Source: Candidatus Sumerlaeales bacterium (GTDB lineage Bacteria > Sumerlaeota > Sumerlaeia > Sumerlaeales > Sumerlaeaceae). Taken from it: a stretch of DNA of 42,058 bases. Location of the stretch: positions 1 to 42,058 of the forward strand of contig JBBSQY010000029.1 in the NCBI GenBank assembly GCA_038243585.1, written 5' to 3'. The notes beneath the pieces were generated by a model. It searched no databases. It had not been told where the DNA came from and saw only the letters and a list, made by a program, of their open reading frames with translations. This document shows, one piece after another, positions 27,401 through 39,017 of this stretch. The first letter of the stretch is position 1. The number at the start of each line of letters is the position of its first letter. Made by a program: the position numbers and the translations under genes.

Positions 27401-28633
27401 TCAGCGCAGTAGCCCGCTATTCAGCGGGCGGCCATCTACTGTATCGGGAATGGCTATTTTAAATGCTTTCAGCACCGTGGGCATCAGGTCAATGGTGCGG
27501 GCGTTAATTATCTTTGCGCCGGGTTTTACTCCGGCACCGAAAAACGCCTGGTATCCGTAGCTTTCGCGCTGGGTGCCGTGCGTGCCCGGGTTCTTGCGCA
27601 GGCGCCAACCGAGTGCCGGTTCAACGACGAAATCGCCGCCACTGGGGTCGCAGTTCATGCGTCTTAACGTGGTAGAATCCATCAGGCGTCCGAACCCCTG
27701 TGTGCGTGTGATAGCGGCAAACAGGCGTTCCTGTTCTTCCGGAGAAAATTGCCTGTTGAAATATCCCTGCAGGTTTCCGGCTTCGAGCAAGTAGAAATCA
27801 ACGGCTTTATTCTTAACCGGTTTTTTAGGAATGAGCCATTCGTAAGTCATGCCCAGTGTGGCGAGTTCCTTGTTTAGCGCGGCGAGCTCAATCTTTTTGT
27901 CGGTTAGAGACATGCCGTGGTCTGCCGATATGACTACCAGTGTATCCTGCAATATATCCAGCTCGGCGTAGCGGCTGACCAGGGACGCTATTCCCTCATC
28001 CACCAGACCGGCTTGCGCGCTCAGTTGAGGGCTGCCGGGTCCGAACACGTGGCCCGTGTGATCAACTTCCTGGTAGAGGACCACCATGAGATTGGGAACG
28101 GATTGCTTGTCGGCCAGCATTGACAGCGCCGTGGTGGTAATGCCGTGACTGTCCGCGTTTCTGGTATGCAGGTAGCGGTCGGCTCCGCGTTTCTGTAGCA
28201 TATACTGCTGAACGCCGGCCGTGGAATGGCCAGCCGCCTTGAAGGCTTCGGCCAGGGTGGTGGCGCGGTTGGTTCGAGGGCCGTTCGCTACCCGATACTC
28301 GTTTTTGAAAAATACAATGTTTCCGCCAACGCCGGTGGTGATGGGCCAGGCGCCGGTGTGAAGACTGGTCATATTGGGCGTGGTGGCGGTGGGATAAACG
28401 TTTATGGCTCCCGGTAGTGACGCGCCTGCGGGTGCCCAAGCGGCCAGATTTGGCATAATGCCGGACGTGATGTAGTCCTGGTCCATCCCGTCGACAGTGA
28501 TAAACAGGCAGTACTTTGGTGTAGGGTTGAACGAAGGCAACTTTAAAGTTTCGGTAGCGGAGGCGACGGCGCAGGTTATCACAGCGACAATACCGGCGAC
28601 TGCGTGGGGGGTCCATTTAGGGATCGTAATCAT
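27401..28633 (-). CDS. Alkaline phosphatase superfamily / nucleotide pyrophosphatase-phosphodiesterase
   Basis: ITVDG, PTATTPN (Thr nucleophile), DHTGH, SADHG, GTHG, DLMPT. Confidence 0.88.
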   Translation of the reverse strand: MITIPKWTPHAVAGIVAVITCAVASATETLKLPSFNPTPKYCLFITVDGMDQDYITSGIMPNLAAWAPAGASLPGAINVYPTATTPNMTSLHTGAWPITTGVGGNIVFFKNEYRVANGPRTNRATTLAEAFKAAGHSTAGVQQYMLQKRGADRYLHTRNADSHGITTTALSMLADKQSVPNLMVVLYQEVDHTGHVFGPGSPQLSAQAGLVDEGIASLVSRYAELDILQDTLVVISADHGMSLTDKKIELAALNKELATLGMTYEWLIPKKPVKNKAVDFYLLEAGNLQGYFNRQFSPEEQERLFAAITRTQGFGRLMDSTTLRRMNCDPSGGDFVVEPALGWRLRKNPGTHGTQRESYGYQAFFGAGVKPGAKIINARTIDLMPTVLKAFKIAIPDTVDGRPLNSGLLR

Positions 28634-28952
28634 AATTAAATCTTTCTTTAACATCAGCGCAGAAAAGCCAGCGTTAAATTGCCGACAGGCTATTTTTTGA
28701 TGCTACTGTCTTAGTGCCGTTGGAGATCTTTTCGGGCACGAAACAAATAGGGATCATGATTATAACAGTTATGAATTTCTGTCAGATCACAATGACTTCA
28801 GACAGCTTATTGGATCCGGATTTGTTTTCGCACTCGTATCTGTTTCGCATGCGTATGCGTGATGTCTTTCGCCCGGTTGGCATAAAAGGTGATATCTAAC
28901 TTGCCTGCATATCATACAAATTTCTATTATCCCACAGGAGGTTTTCTTAATT

Positions 28953-29396
28953 ATGAAGCCCTATACCCGCTTCGGCGCAATGGTATTAACGTCTACGGTT
29001 GTCATGTTCGGCCTTATGTATCTTAACACTTATCAGTTGTCACACGTTACTTACAGCGAAACCAGGACATATATGGCTATTGTAATGGGCGCGACTATGG
29101 CCGTTATCATGCTGGCTTATATGTTGCACATGTACACAAACAAGAAAGCGAATGTCGCAATACTTGTTGGAAGTGTATTGCTATTCTCTGTGGCGCTCTG
29201 GCTTGTCAGAAGCCAGAAGACAGTAGACGACGTCTCTTATATGCGAGCCATGATTCCTCATCATTCTATTGCAATCCTGACAAGTGAACGAGCACAAATT
29301 TCTGACCCGCGAGTACGCGCGCTGGCTGACCAGATTATGGAAGCACAGCGCAAGGAAATCGCTGAGATGAAATCGCTGATCTCAGATCTTGATTAA
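28953..29396 (+). CDS. DUF305 domain membrane protein
   Basis: YMRAMIPHHSIAILTS...AQRKEIAEM. Confidence 0.88.
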   Translation: MKPYTRFGAMVLTSTVVMFGLMYLNTYQLSHVTYSETRTYMAIVMGATMAVIMLAYMLHMYTNKKANVAILVGSVLLFSVALWLVRSQKTVDDVSYMRAMIPHHSIAILTSERAQISDPRVRALADQIMEAQRKEIAEMKSLISDLD

Positions 29397-29407
29397 AACA
29401 AGGTTTA

Positions 29408-29936
29408 GGGGCTGTTTGAGAAGTACATTTTTTCTCTGACCGCAGGGGTCATTCCGGGTGCAAGCTTGAGTTTTTTTTCGGTGCTGAAGGTGCGACTAGT
29501 TGCGTCCCTTCAGGACGCGGCTTGTTTTTGACAATACCCAGGATTTCATCCTGGGCTTTCCTATGCTGCACCTTCGGCGCGAAATGCGGGTTATGGATTA
29601 CAAAGGGCCGAAGGCTCAACTACATACCAGCCTGAGTCGCAGGCTCAAATGGTGATGCAAGTTCTTTCAGAGCTGAAAGGCCAGAGCATAGCGGGTAGAA
29701 GATAAGCCGAATGCTTCGGGCTTTCAGCCCTGGACTATTGTTAATACTATACCTGGGCCGCTGGCCCAGGCTGGTATGCGAACGAGCCTTCGGCCCTGAA
29801 AAACAAACCGAGTTGAATCACACAGAGACAGGTTCAAAGATTTGACCGATGACAAGGATTTCATCCTGGGCTTTCATATGCTGCACCTTCGGCGCGAAAT
29901 GCGGGTTATGGATGCCAAACAGTATTCTTGCACAGG
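29408..29936. mobile_element. Non-coding palindromic composite repeat (MITE/REP-cluster-like)
   Basis: 59-bp direct repeats at 29540-29598 and 29855-29913 (1 mismatch) flank a long imperfect inverted repeat 29604-29797; weak terminal IRs at 29408-29426 and 29922-29936. Confidence 0.6.
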
Positions 29937-29948
29937 TTTTTAAGATAG

Positions 29949-29984
29949 AAAGAGAGCGCATCTGGTAACGGATGCGCTCTCTTT
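29949..29984. terminator. Bidirectional terminator hairpin
   Basis: aaagagagcgcatc ... gatgcgctctcttt. Confidence 0.85.
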
Positions 29985-30021
29985 GTTGACTTTAGAGATG
30001 ACTTTACTGCTGCGGCTTTGA

Positions 30022-33000
30022 CTAACTCATTGAAGCCTTTGGTGCAACGGTTTCCATATGTACGTCCATTTGTGGAAATGGGATGGGGATGCCGACCGCT
30101 GACAACTGGCGTTCGAAGTCGGCTATTAAGGAATGTCTGGCGTCCAGAAAATTATCTGAGTTGGGCAGATGCGCGAAGACTACGAAGACGACACTGCTGT
30201 CGGCAAGCCGCTCGATACCGGCAGCGGGGCCGGGATCATCAAGAACGTATGGATTTTCTGTCGCCACCTTTAACAGGAGGTCTCTCGCCTGATCATAATC
30301 GCACCCGTATGGAACGCCTACATGGATGACCAGTCTCCGTCTCAGATTGCTTAAGGTCCAGTTTTCAACGGGCTTGGTTATTAGTTCTTTGTTGGGGATA
30401 ATGTGCTCAAAGTGGTCCCAGTCCATGACCGTGGTTGCACGAATTCGTATCTGGGTGATGTTGCCCTTTATACCGCCAACAGATACAAAATCACCAACGC
30501 GCACAGGACGCTCGAAAAGCAGTATTAAACCAGACACGAAGTTTGCGAAAATCTCCTGCAGTCCGAATCCCAGGCCGACGGAAACGGCGGCGGCCAGCCA
30601 TTGAAGTTGTTTCCATTCGAGGCCCATCAGATAGAAGATGTACACGACTCCCACAAGAATAATAACATAACGAATTAATGTGTTAAATGCGTAACGTTCA
30701 CCCGCCTGAATTGAGAATCTCTGGAACACGGTAATGTCCAGAAGGCCGGGGATATTCCGCAGCGCGGCGCTGGCCCCGATAATGATTAAAAGTACAAGTA
30801 ACATATCGGCAACAGTGACCGGAACCAGCCTTTGGTTGACTTCGATGGCGCCTCCGGCAACGGTTTCTGATACCTGCCGCGACACGCTCCACAAGGGTTG
30901 CGAGTCCAGATAACGAAGAGCGGGAAGTACCCCGGCCCAGACGCCCCAAAGCGCTACTATAAATACACCGAGCACCAGCGTCCGTAACAGGCGGCCGGCC
31001 TGTTGGCTGATTGCTGTGATATCGATGGTGGGCTCTGCGGGTACTACACCATCGGCATTTGTCAGCGTCTTACCGTCCGGGGCGGAAGTCTTTGCAGCTT
31101 CGCGGCGGCGTTGGACCTCTTTAATAGCCAGCCTTCGGCGCTTAACGAGTATCCCAAAAAAGATTGTTTCGTTAAAAAGAAGCAGGATAGCGGCAACCCA
31201 AAAAGTAATGTGTATACGCTGGGTTAGCTCGATAGCGGTGTAAACGTAGCCCATAACGGCGGCGGCGGCTAACCCCAAGGGTGCGGCAAGCATCATAACA
31301 TAAACAAGGTAACGCAGCTTATAAAGAGCGCCAGATGTTCTGTAAATTCTTATTCCGATCAGTATACTTCTGCGTGGGAGCATTATCCAGCCAATTGCGA
31401 AGGCGGCGATTAACAGTGCTACTATCAGAAAAATGCGAGCAGCCTCCATGCTCGTTTCGCTCCGGTAAAAGTTTGCTGCATTTACCAAAACAGTTGCGGG
31501 GACATATCCCCAGATCATTAAGGCAAGCGCTCGGCGTAACCGCAACATAGGAGTTGCGCCCCAGCCGAAAAATGTTGCGGCAATCCCAGATGGGCGAATG
31601 ATTTTTAGCGCCGTCTGAAGCAAAAACAGGGAGATGCCTCCGTAGACAAAACCTGTCGCAAGACTGGATATCTGTAACGGAACGTTTACAACATTTGCAA
31701 GTGGCCAGCCAACTGCCAGTAGAGCTGCTGGGACAGGCAAGGAGTACAGAGCGGCATATAGCAGCGACATTATCGCGGGACTAAACGCGGAAAGGCGACT
31801 CTTCGATGCGATTGCCAAGGCGGTTTTAAGTTTCATTTTCCAGCGACGATGCAGCAGCAGAACCGTAAGGAACGCGAGAATGACGGTAGTAAAAGAAATC
31901 GGTCGCGAGTCGGCACGTTCCATGTATGCCCGGAAGTAATCATGCCAGAGGGCCGGCTGAGACAGCGACTTTATGTATTGCATCGAGAGATCGACTGAAC
32001 TTAAGGAAACCCTGTCCGCACTGGGAAGCCACAAAATTCGCTGATCAATGAACTCCAAAAAGCTGGCGGTGCGCTTTACCAGATCTTCCTCGGCGGTGTT
32101 TAGCTCGATTAGAGTTTGAAAGAGGTCGTCATTTGCTTCACGCACCTCAACCAGATAATCTCCGCGAGCTGTCAACAAATCGGCAATCTGGCTTTGGATC
32201 ATTGCTGCCACAGTTGTGGCGGTGTCAAGATCCGACGCGGCAATAATTTCCGCGGCACGCTCCGCGGGATTTGCTAATGCCATAACCGCGTCTTGGACTT
32301 CGAGATTTTTTAAATTGGTTGCGGATAATTGCTTTTCCAAGAGCACAAGTGACTCGCGGTGATTTCGCAAATCGGGCAGCTCGTCTCGTTGTCTCCGCAA
32401 GAGGATGCCAAGTGCGTCTGAAAAACCTACAGCGGTAAATTTGGATTCCAAACTTGCATACTGTTCGGTAACACGAGCAAGCGCCTGGCGTACCGTATTA
32501 AGCTTTTCGATCGCCTCATCCTGGAGGTCTACGACGGCGCTTAGATCCATCTGAACGGTAATGCTTGTATTTTCTGATGCTATAGCGCTGACCAGCGGGT
32601 GTGACTTGTCAGCTTTTTGCGCTGCCTTGGTAAGTTCACGAGCAGACGCGGTAGCCTGTACTCTGCGAACTTCGGCAAGCTTGTCTTCGATCGTTTTTAG
32701 AAGCGTCTGCTTTGCTGCAATTCTTTGGCCTATCAATTTTTGAGCAGCCGGCAAGAGTTCTTCGCGGGCGTTATAGCGATTAAGTTCTTCCTCCAGAGCG
32801 ATGATGCGCGAACGCGCCGCCTGCATCTCTGCTTTGGCAAACAGGTTTCGAGCCTGAACTAATGCTGGATTCTCGCCGGTCGACGGAGACTGCTCAGCTA
32901 TTTCTGCCTGGTGTAGCGCCTGTGTCGCTTCAACGATTTCCTTGGGAATTTCGCCGATCCGGGTAGCACGTTTTTGCTGTTCGGCAGAAATTTCTTTAAG

Positions 33001-33456
33001 ACGCTCTTGCAGCCCCGCCAGTTCCGCCTTGGTAGTGTCGACTCGCTGGGCTAGAGTGTCAGCGGTAGCGGTGGTAAAAAACTCAACGGCGGTTGTGGAT
33101 GTGAGTTCATCTTTTTGAAATTCAAGCTTTACGCGTTCCAGCGCGGCCGGCGCCTCTCGAACGGCGGCCCGATGCTCCTCCGTCGCAGAGGTTGCGTTCT
33201 CGTGTTGCTTAATTTTTTCTGCCGCTTTGGATAGCAGGTCAACCGCGGTAGCTGCGGCGGCGGCCTCCGGATCGGCGAGTTTCTCTTTCTCCGCGCTTTC
33301 AAGGCTTCCTGAAATTTCAGAAGACAGCGACGTGACCTTGTCCGCCGATGATGCGGTTGATGTTGTCTGGCTGTGAGCTAAAAAGGGATTGAAGACAATG
33401 AGCGCCAGAAGTGCGCAAAAAAGTATTACAGGGATAAGCTGCTTACAAAAAGTCAT
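30022..33456 (-). CDS. Mechanosensitive channel, MscK/MscM-like (large periplasmic coiled-coil plus MscS domain)
   Basis: WLAAAVSVGLGFGLQEIFANFVSGLILLFERPVRVGD, IRIRATT, IPNK, NWTL, IPFPQ. Confidence 0.93.
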   Translation of the reverse strand: MTFCKQLIPVILFCALLALIVFNPFLAHSQTTSTASSADKVTSLSSEISGSLESAEKEKLADPEAAAAATAVDLLSKAAEKIKQHENATSATEEHRAAVREAPAALERVKLEFQKDELTSTTAVEFFTTATADTLAQRVDTTKAELAGLQERLKEISAEQQKRATRIGEIPKEIVEATQALHQAEIAEQSPSTGENPALVQARNLFAKAEMQAARSRIIALEEELNRYNAREELLPAAQKLIGQRIAAKQTLLKTIEDKLAEVRRVQATASARELTKAAQKADKSHPLVSAIASENTSITVQMDLSAVVDLQDEAIEKLNTVRQALARVTEQYASLESKFTAVGFSDALGILLRRQRDELPDLRNHRESLVLLEKQLSATNLKNLEVQDAVMALANPAERAAEIIAASDLDTATTVAAMIQSQIADLLTARGDYLVEVREANDDLFQTLIELNTAEEDLVKRTASFLEFIDQRILWLPSADRVSLSSVDLSMQYIKSLSQPALWHDYFRAYMERADSRPISFTTVILAFLTVLLLHRRWKMKLKTALAIASKSRLSAFSPAIMSLLYAALYSLPVPAALLAVGWPLANVVNVPLQISSLATGFVYGGISLFLLQTALKIIRPSGIAATFFGWGATPMLRLRRALALMIWGYVPATVLVNAANFYRSETSMEAARIFLIVALLIAAFAIGWIMLPRRSILIGIRIYRTSGALYKLRYLVYVMMLAAPLGLAAAAVMGYVYTAIELTQRIHITFWVAAILLLFNETIFFGILVKRRRLAIKEVQRRREAAKTSAPDGKTLTNADGVVPAEPTIDITAISQQAGRLLRTLVLGVFIVALWGVWAGVLPALRYLDSQPLWSVSRQVSETVAGGAIEVNQRLVPVTVADMLLVLLIIIGASAALRNIPGLLDITVFQRFSIQAGERYAFNTLIRYVIILVGVVYIFYLMGLEWKQLQWLAAAVSVGLGFGLQEIFANFVSGLILLFERPVRVGDFVSVGGIKGNITQIRIRATTVMDWDHFEHIIPNKELITKPVENWTLSNLRRRLVIHVGVPYGCDYDQARDLLLKVATENPYVLDDPGPAAGIERLADSSVVFVVFAHLPNSDNFLDARHSLIADFERQLSAVGIPIPFPQMDVHMETVAPKASMS

Positions 33457-33506
33457 GGATAGGATGTACGGCGCTAACGGCGGGTTGCATTCATTTTGTC
33501 GCTAAT

Positions 33507-34307
33507 TTAGCGTCTCGTCACAGTCGACAGGTTTATTAAATCTGGAATGCTATCGCTTCTTCCTGCAGTCACTTGCCCAGAGTTATCTATCAGGTTCAGT
33601 CGATTTAACACGGCTTTAACGGCATCGAAATCAAAGTATTTATCGTTGTCTACATGACTGTCTGTTCCAATGATAAAAGCTCCGGCGTGGGGCATTAGCC
33701 GGTTCACCAGATCGCAGGTGCGCGGGCCGAAATGACCGTTTATGCTCATGGTGTTAAACTGAAAAATGCAGCCCCGGTCTCGCAGATCGACAAACAATGC
33801 CATATCTTCCGGCAGCCATAGGTAGCGTTCGGGATGCGCAATGATCGGGATGACGCCGGCGGATAGAAAGTGATCTATGACTTCAAGGACGCCTTCGCTT
33901 CTGCGCTGAAACCCCAATTCCACAAGAATGAAACGGCCCTGGTCTGCCCATGTCAGCAGCTTGCCCTGGTCAAATAATTTCATAATGCGCCGCCGCAGAA
34001 AGATTTCGGTTCCGGGGAATACGCGGAGCGGAATCTCTTCGTCAAGCAGGGCACGATTAAGGGCGGCGACCTGATCGCGGAGGAAATTGGGGTCGACGTT
34101 GGTTTCAATGCCGGGATGAACGCCATGGGGGGTCGCGACGGCGTTCTGAATCCCGAGGGCAACCATGCGGCGGGCCATCCGAAGGCTCATCCCGAGATTG
34201 CGCGCGCCATCGTCAAGGCCGGGAAGGATGTGGCAGTGAGGATCGGTGCGGATAACATATCGACCTTCAATGCGCGGGTCGAGGAACTGATCTGGAGTAG
34301 CCGTCAT
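33507..34307 (-). CDS. CpsB/CapC (YwqE) PHP-family tyrosine-protein phosphatase
   Basis: DPHCHILPGLDDGA, ATPH, IIAHPERY, GTDSH. Confidence 0.9.
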   Translation of the reverse strand: MTATPDQFLDPRIEGRYVIRTDPHCHILPGLDDGARNLGMSLRMARRMVALGIQNAVATPHGVHPGIETNVDPNFLRDQVAALNRALLDEEIPLRVFPGTEIFLRRRIMKLFDQGKLLTWADQGRFILVELGFQRRSEGVLEVIDHFLSAGVIPIIAHPERYLWLPEDMALFVDLRDRGCIFQFNTMSINGHFGPRTCDLVNRLMPHAGAFIIGTDSHVDNDKYFDFDAVKAVLNRLNLIDNSGQVTAGRSDSIPDLINLSTVTRR

Positions 34308-34468
34308 ATTTTAATTCTATTACGATGCGGCTTAATGCTTCATTGGGATGGGATGGTGGGGTCGGATACTGTTGAAAATGGTGTTGAACTTCGGAGCTGG
34401 AAAACGGACTGGAGTGTTGCGTCTCGTTGTGGGGTATCGGGGGTTACGTGTGGTCGGATGATTGGAGA

Positions 34469-34527
34469 ACACAGGCGGGACGCCTATGTTACTTCTAGAT
34501 ACACAGGCGGGACGCCTATGCTACTTC
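34469..34527. repeat. Tandem pair of REP-like units
   Basis: acacaggcgggacgcctatg(t/c)tacttc at 34469-34495 and 34501-34527; reverse complement of copy 2 reads GTAG followed by a hairpin. Confidence 0.8.
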
Positions 34528-34530
34528 AAT

Positions 34531-34567
34531 TATAAAAGCGCCGGCTTTTTGGGCCGGCGCTTTTATA
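34531..34567. terminator. Terminator downstream of ilvC
   Basis: tataaaagcgccggc ... gccggcgcttttata. Confidence 0.85.
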
Positions 34568-34603
34568 TAATTCGGTGCTTTTAGAACAGGTGCTTATAGA
34601 TAG

Positions 34604-35689
<1,086 letters not shown>

Positions 35690-35893
35690 CTATTATTCAA
35701 AGGATTTCCAATAGTGCCCGATTATTGCTGTTGTTTGTCGTCTTCTTTAGATAATCGATGGATTTTCTCAAATTTTATCGGAAACTTTTGCGGTTGTGTA
35801 ACTAGTCATACTTTCAGTTCAGGCCTGTAAGGGCTATCGGCACTACTAATTTGCTGCGATGGATAATGCATAGTGACAGGGAGCGCCACTTAT

Positions 35894-38800
35894 ATGAATC
35901 TTAATACAATCTTACATCTTGTTATAGCCAGCTGTGTGCTGATCGGCGAGGCATCGGCGCAAACGGGCGCAGTCGCTCCGGCTTCGAGTATTGTTCGAGC
36001 CGTCCCTGTCCAGTCTGGTGACGCTCGCTCGACTGGCGTGCAGGCTGTGCATATTCAGCTATCTGCGGAGGACGCCGCTACGACCGGTGGTTATGCTAAG
36101 AGCTATACCATTTCCTCTCCGGCACAGCAAATTGCCGGCAATCTCGGCGACGCTTATCTGGGCGATCTTGTTCTTGAGAACGAGAAGCTGCGGGTGGCGA
36201 TCGCGAGGCCCGGAAAGCCGGAAATGGGCGCGGTGCGGGGGGGCACGATTATGGACATTGTGCGGACTGACGCGCCGGTGGATTACCTGGGGGGCATCAA
36301 CCTGACCATGGACCCGTCGAGCACCAGCTCGCAGGTGATTTATGAGAACGTTCAGCTATCCGGGGTTCTCGCCAACACCACGGCAATCCTGAGCATGAGC
36401 GGCTATGTGGGCGAGCCCGACACGCCGGCCCCTGCACTGGCGAACAGGATCGGAGTCAGCACCCGTTACACGCTTGCGAAGGGATCTCCGATTCTTCAGA
36501 TAGACACGAACGTTGTCAATCAAACTACCGGCACCGCCTGGATTCAACCGGCCGACACCATCGACTGGGGTGAGGCAGAGGTTTTCTCTGAAGGCAAAGG
36601 CTATAGCGTGACGACCGCGCCTTTAAACTTTGTTTTGGGGGCGGTGGATGATTTTTCTCTTGGTTATTATACTTCCGGCACTAAGCCGATGGAGGGGCTG
36701 CACCAGGGACGCGACAGTGTAATCCTGGCGAGCGGGGCCATCAGGGATCTTGAGGCGCGAGTTCTGGCGCGAAAGCAGGCGGATCAGGCTTCTGACCAGA
36801 ATCTTGCGCCGGAGTATCGCGGCTTTGGGGCCTCGACGACACAAGAGCCAGGAATGGTCATGTTTCCCGGGACAGAAACGCGGTACGGCATGGGGCCTGG
36901 TGGACTTCCTGAGCCTGCGCCTATTTACGTTCCGGAAGCAAGATTGCAGATAGTCGACGGGAAGGCCACTGTAACGTTGCCTCGCGTGAGAAAATCACTG
37001 TTTGAAGCGCCGGAATCTGAAAGCGAGTCCGCTTCGATCCAGCTGGAACGCGGCGAAACGTATAGCTTTACGCGTTTCCTGGTCGTATCTGACGGAAACT
37101 GGAAACCGATAGCCGATAACGCCTACGCTGCAAAAGATGTTAAGCTGGGTCGGTTATCAGGGGTAGTGGTCGAGGGGGGGTCGGGCAATCGCATTGCGGA
37201 TGCCACGGTTCGGATCAGCGGCGGCACGCAATGGAACGGCGCCGGTGCTGCGCCTCCCGTCTTGCAGGTGAAGTCCCGCAAAGATGGTTCGTTTTCAGCA
37301 CAACTTCCCGTGGGCAAGTATCAGCTGGAGCCGGTTGCGCTGGGGCGCAGGTCTGCTGGGAAAAACCCGCCTGTTGAGATTGAATCGAACTTTAAGGCCA
37401 GCGTTTCCGTGCTTCAGATGACAAAGGAATCCCTGCTTCGCATCGCGATAAGCGAAGCGGAAACCGTAACCTCTTCTCCCCTGCCGGTTAAAGTGACGCT
37501 GGTTTCCAAGCCTCCGTATCCGACAGAAAATTATGGTTTTACGCCGGACGTGAGCCGGGGGGTTCGAAACACTTATTATCTGCCGCAGGGCGCGGCCGTT
37601 TTCCCGGTGACGCCTGGCCGCTACAGGCTGGTGATCAGTCGCGGCGTGGAATATGATATTTTACAAAAGGACATTACGGTAGTCGCCGGGCGGGAACAAA
37701 CCGTAACCGGATCGCTGCCTCATGTAATGAAAGGCCTGCTGCCTGCAATGGTCAGCATGGACGCGGGAGTGGTTACAAACGCCAGCGGAGTCGGATATGC
37801 CACCGCCGCATCAAGAGCTATCCAGGCTGCCTGCGAAGGGGTCTCCATCATCGTCTCTGGCGATTATGGCCAGGTCACGAATCTGCAGACGGCTATTCGT
37901 AACCAAGGGCTGGAGCGCTGGGTGAAAGCGTTTTCCGGTCGCAGAGATCTACTACATAAGGGTGATCTGTCGGCTGACCTGTTTGTGTACCCGCTGGACG
38001 AATCGACGTCTGCCGCCTACAACACGGCTGTGGATTCTGTTAGAAGCCTGCCACCGGATGTGGCCCTGGCCGACCTGAAAAAACAGGTCCCCGACCTTAT
38101 CTTTGAGATATCGCGCCCCGTTCATCCCGAGGCTGGATACCTTGAGGCCTTCGCGTTCAACATGAACAAAAAGAGGTTTATCGACGACAACATGCCTCCT
38201 CCGGATTTCAACGCCATACAGGTGCTGGAAGGTAAGAAACTGGGGCTGGAGAATGAAGTTTATTCTCGTTATATGGCCATGCAGCTTGAGCGGCTTGGGC
38301 AGAACGATTTGTTTAAAGCGCCGCCGCTTTCTCCGGTGGGATCGTCTTTCTCCCGTCTTCCTTATGGCCAGGAGATTGGGTATCCCAGGGTCTATTTATA
38401 TCTGAACAGCGATAAAACCCTGGCGCAGGTTACGGCCAGCGATGTGGTCTCGGCGGTGCGGGGCCAGCATTACCTGGTTACGAACGGCCCCATTCTGCTG
38501 TTTGACGCTTTGAACTTCGACACCCTGGAGTTCAGCGTGAAACCGGGAGAGATTCTGGATGCGCAGACGACGGAGATTGTACGCATCCGGGCGCGAGTTC
38601 TGGCGGCCCCGTGGATCACTTTGGAAGGCATAAATACCCGGGAAAACGGATTGCGTGGAATTACGGTGTTTGGCATTCAGCCTTCAGAGAAGGTGCAGCG
38701 GTATCCGACCAATCAATCAGGCAGCCATATCTACACTCGCTATCTGAAAGAGGATGCGGTGCTGGATGCCTATGCCTACAGCAGCCTTCGCTCGCTGGCG

Positions 38801-38923
38801 CCCGTAGTGCCCGATGCCCTGGAAGACTTCGGGGGGGCGGCGTTTCCTTATTGCATGTCCGGACCTATATTTGTGGACCGCAACGGCGACGGCAAAATTA
38901 CCATCAATAACAAAGAGCCGTGA
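35894..38923 (+). CDS. Large secreted CehA/McbA-like protein (carboxypeptidase-regulatory-like domain plus degenerate PHP domain)
   Basis: GDLVLENEKLRVAI, GG.IMD, PGRY.L.ISRGVEY, GYPRVY, VTNGP, PIFVDRNGDG; metal-binding His motifs appear absent. Confidence 0.72.
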   Translation: MNLNTILHLVIASCVLIGEASAQTGAVAPASSIVRAVPVQSGDARSTGVQAVHIQLSAEDAATTGGYAKSYTISSPAQQIAGNLGDAYLGDLVLENEKLRVAIARPGKPEMGAVRGGTIMDIVRTDAPVDYLGGINLTMDPSSTSSQVIYENVQLSGVLANTTAILSMSGYVGEPDTPAPALANRIGVSTRYTLAKGSPILQIDTNVVNQTTGTAWIQPADTIDWGEAEVFSEGKGYSVTTAPLNFVLGAVDDFSLGYYTSGTKPMEGLHQGRDSVILASGAIRDLEARVLARKQADQASDQNLAPEYRGFGASTTQEPGMVMFPGTETRYGMGPGGLPEPAPIYVPEARLQIVDGKATVTLPRVRKSLFEAPESESESASIQLERGETYSFTRFLVVSDGNWKPIADNAYAAKDVKLGRLSGVVVEGGSGNRIADATVRISGGTQWNGAGAAPPVLQVKSRKDGSFSAQLPVGKYQLEPVALGRRSAGKNPPVEIESNFKASVSVLQMTKESLLRIAISEAETVTSSPLPVKVTLVSKPPYPTENYGFTPDVSRGVRNTYYLPQGAAVFPVTPGRYRLVISRGVEYDILQKDITVVAGREQTVTGSLPHVMKGLLPAMVSMDAGVVTNASGVGYATAASRAIQAACEGVSIIVSGDYGQVTNLQTAIRNQGLERWVKAFSGRRDLLHKGDLSADLFVYPLDESTSAAYNTAVDSVRSLPPDVALADLKKQVPDLIFEISRPVHPEAGYLEAFAFNMNKKRFIDDNMPPPDFNAIQVLEGKKLGLENEVYSRYMAMQLERLGQNDLFKAPPLSPVGSSFSRLPYGQEIGYPRVYLYLNSDKTLAQVTASDVVSAVRGQHYLVTNGPILLFDALNFDTLEFSVKPGEILDAQTTEIVRIRARVLAAPWITLEGINTRENGLRGITVFGIQPSEKVQRYPTNQSGSHIYTRYLKEDAVLDAYAYSSLRSLAPVVPDALEDFGGAAFPYCMSGPIFVDRNGDGKITINNKEP

Positions 38924-39017
38924 AGCTTTAACCTTTTTACCGGCTATTCAGCCCCCACAACCCTTGTATGTCTTGTAAAGATATGCGATCAAACCTGAAC
39001 CTCATGGAGCAATAAAG

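Noticed and set aside
29540..29913. 59-bp direct repeats as prophage att sites or CRISPR repeats
   Set aside because: Only two copies enclosing ~256 bp of palindromic DNA; no integrase, tRNA or cas genes.
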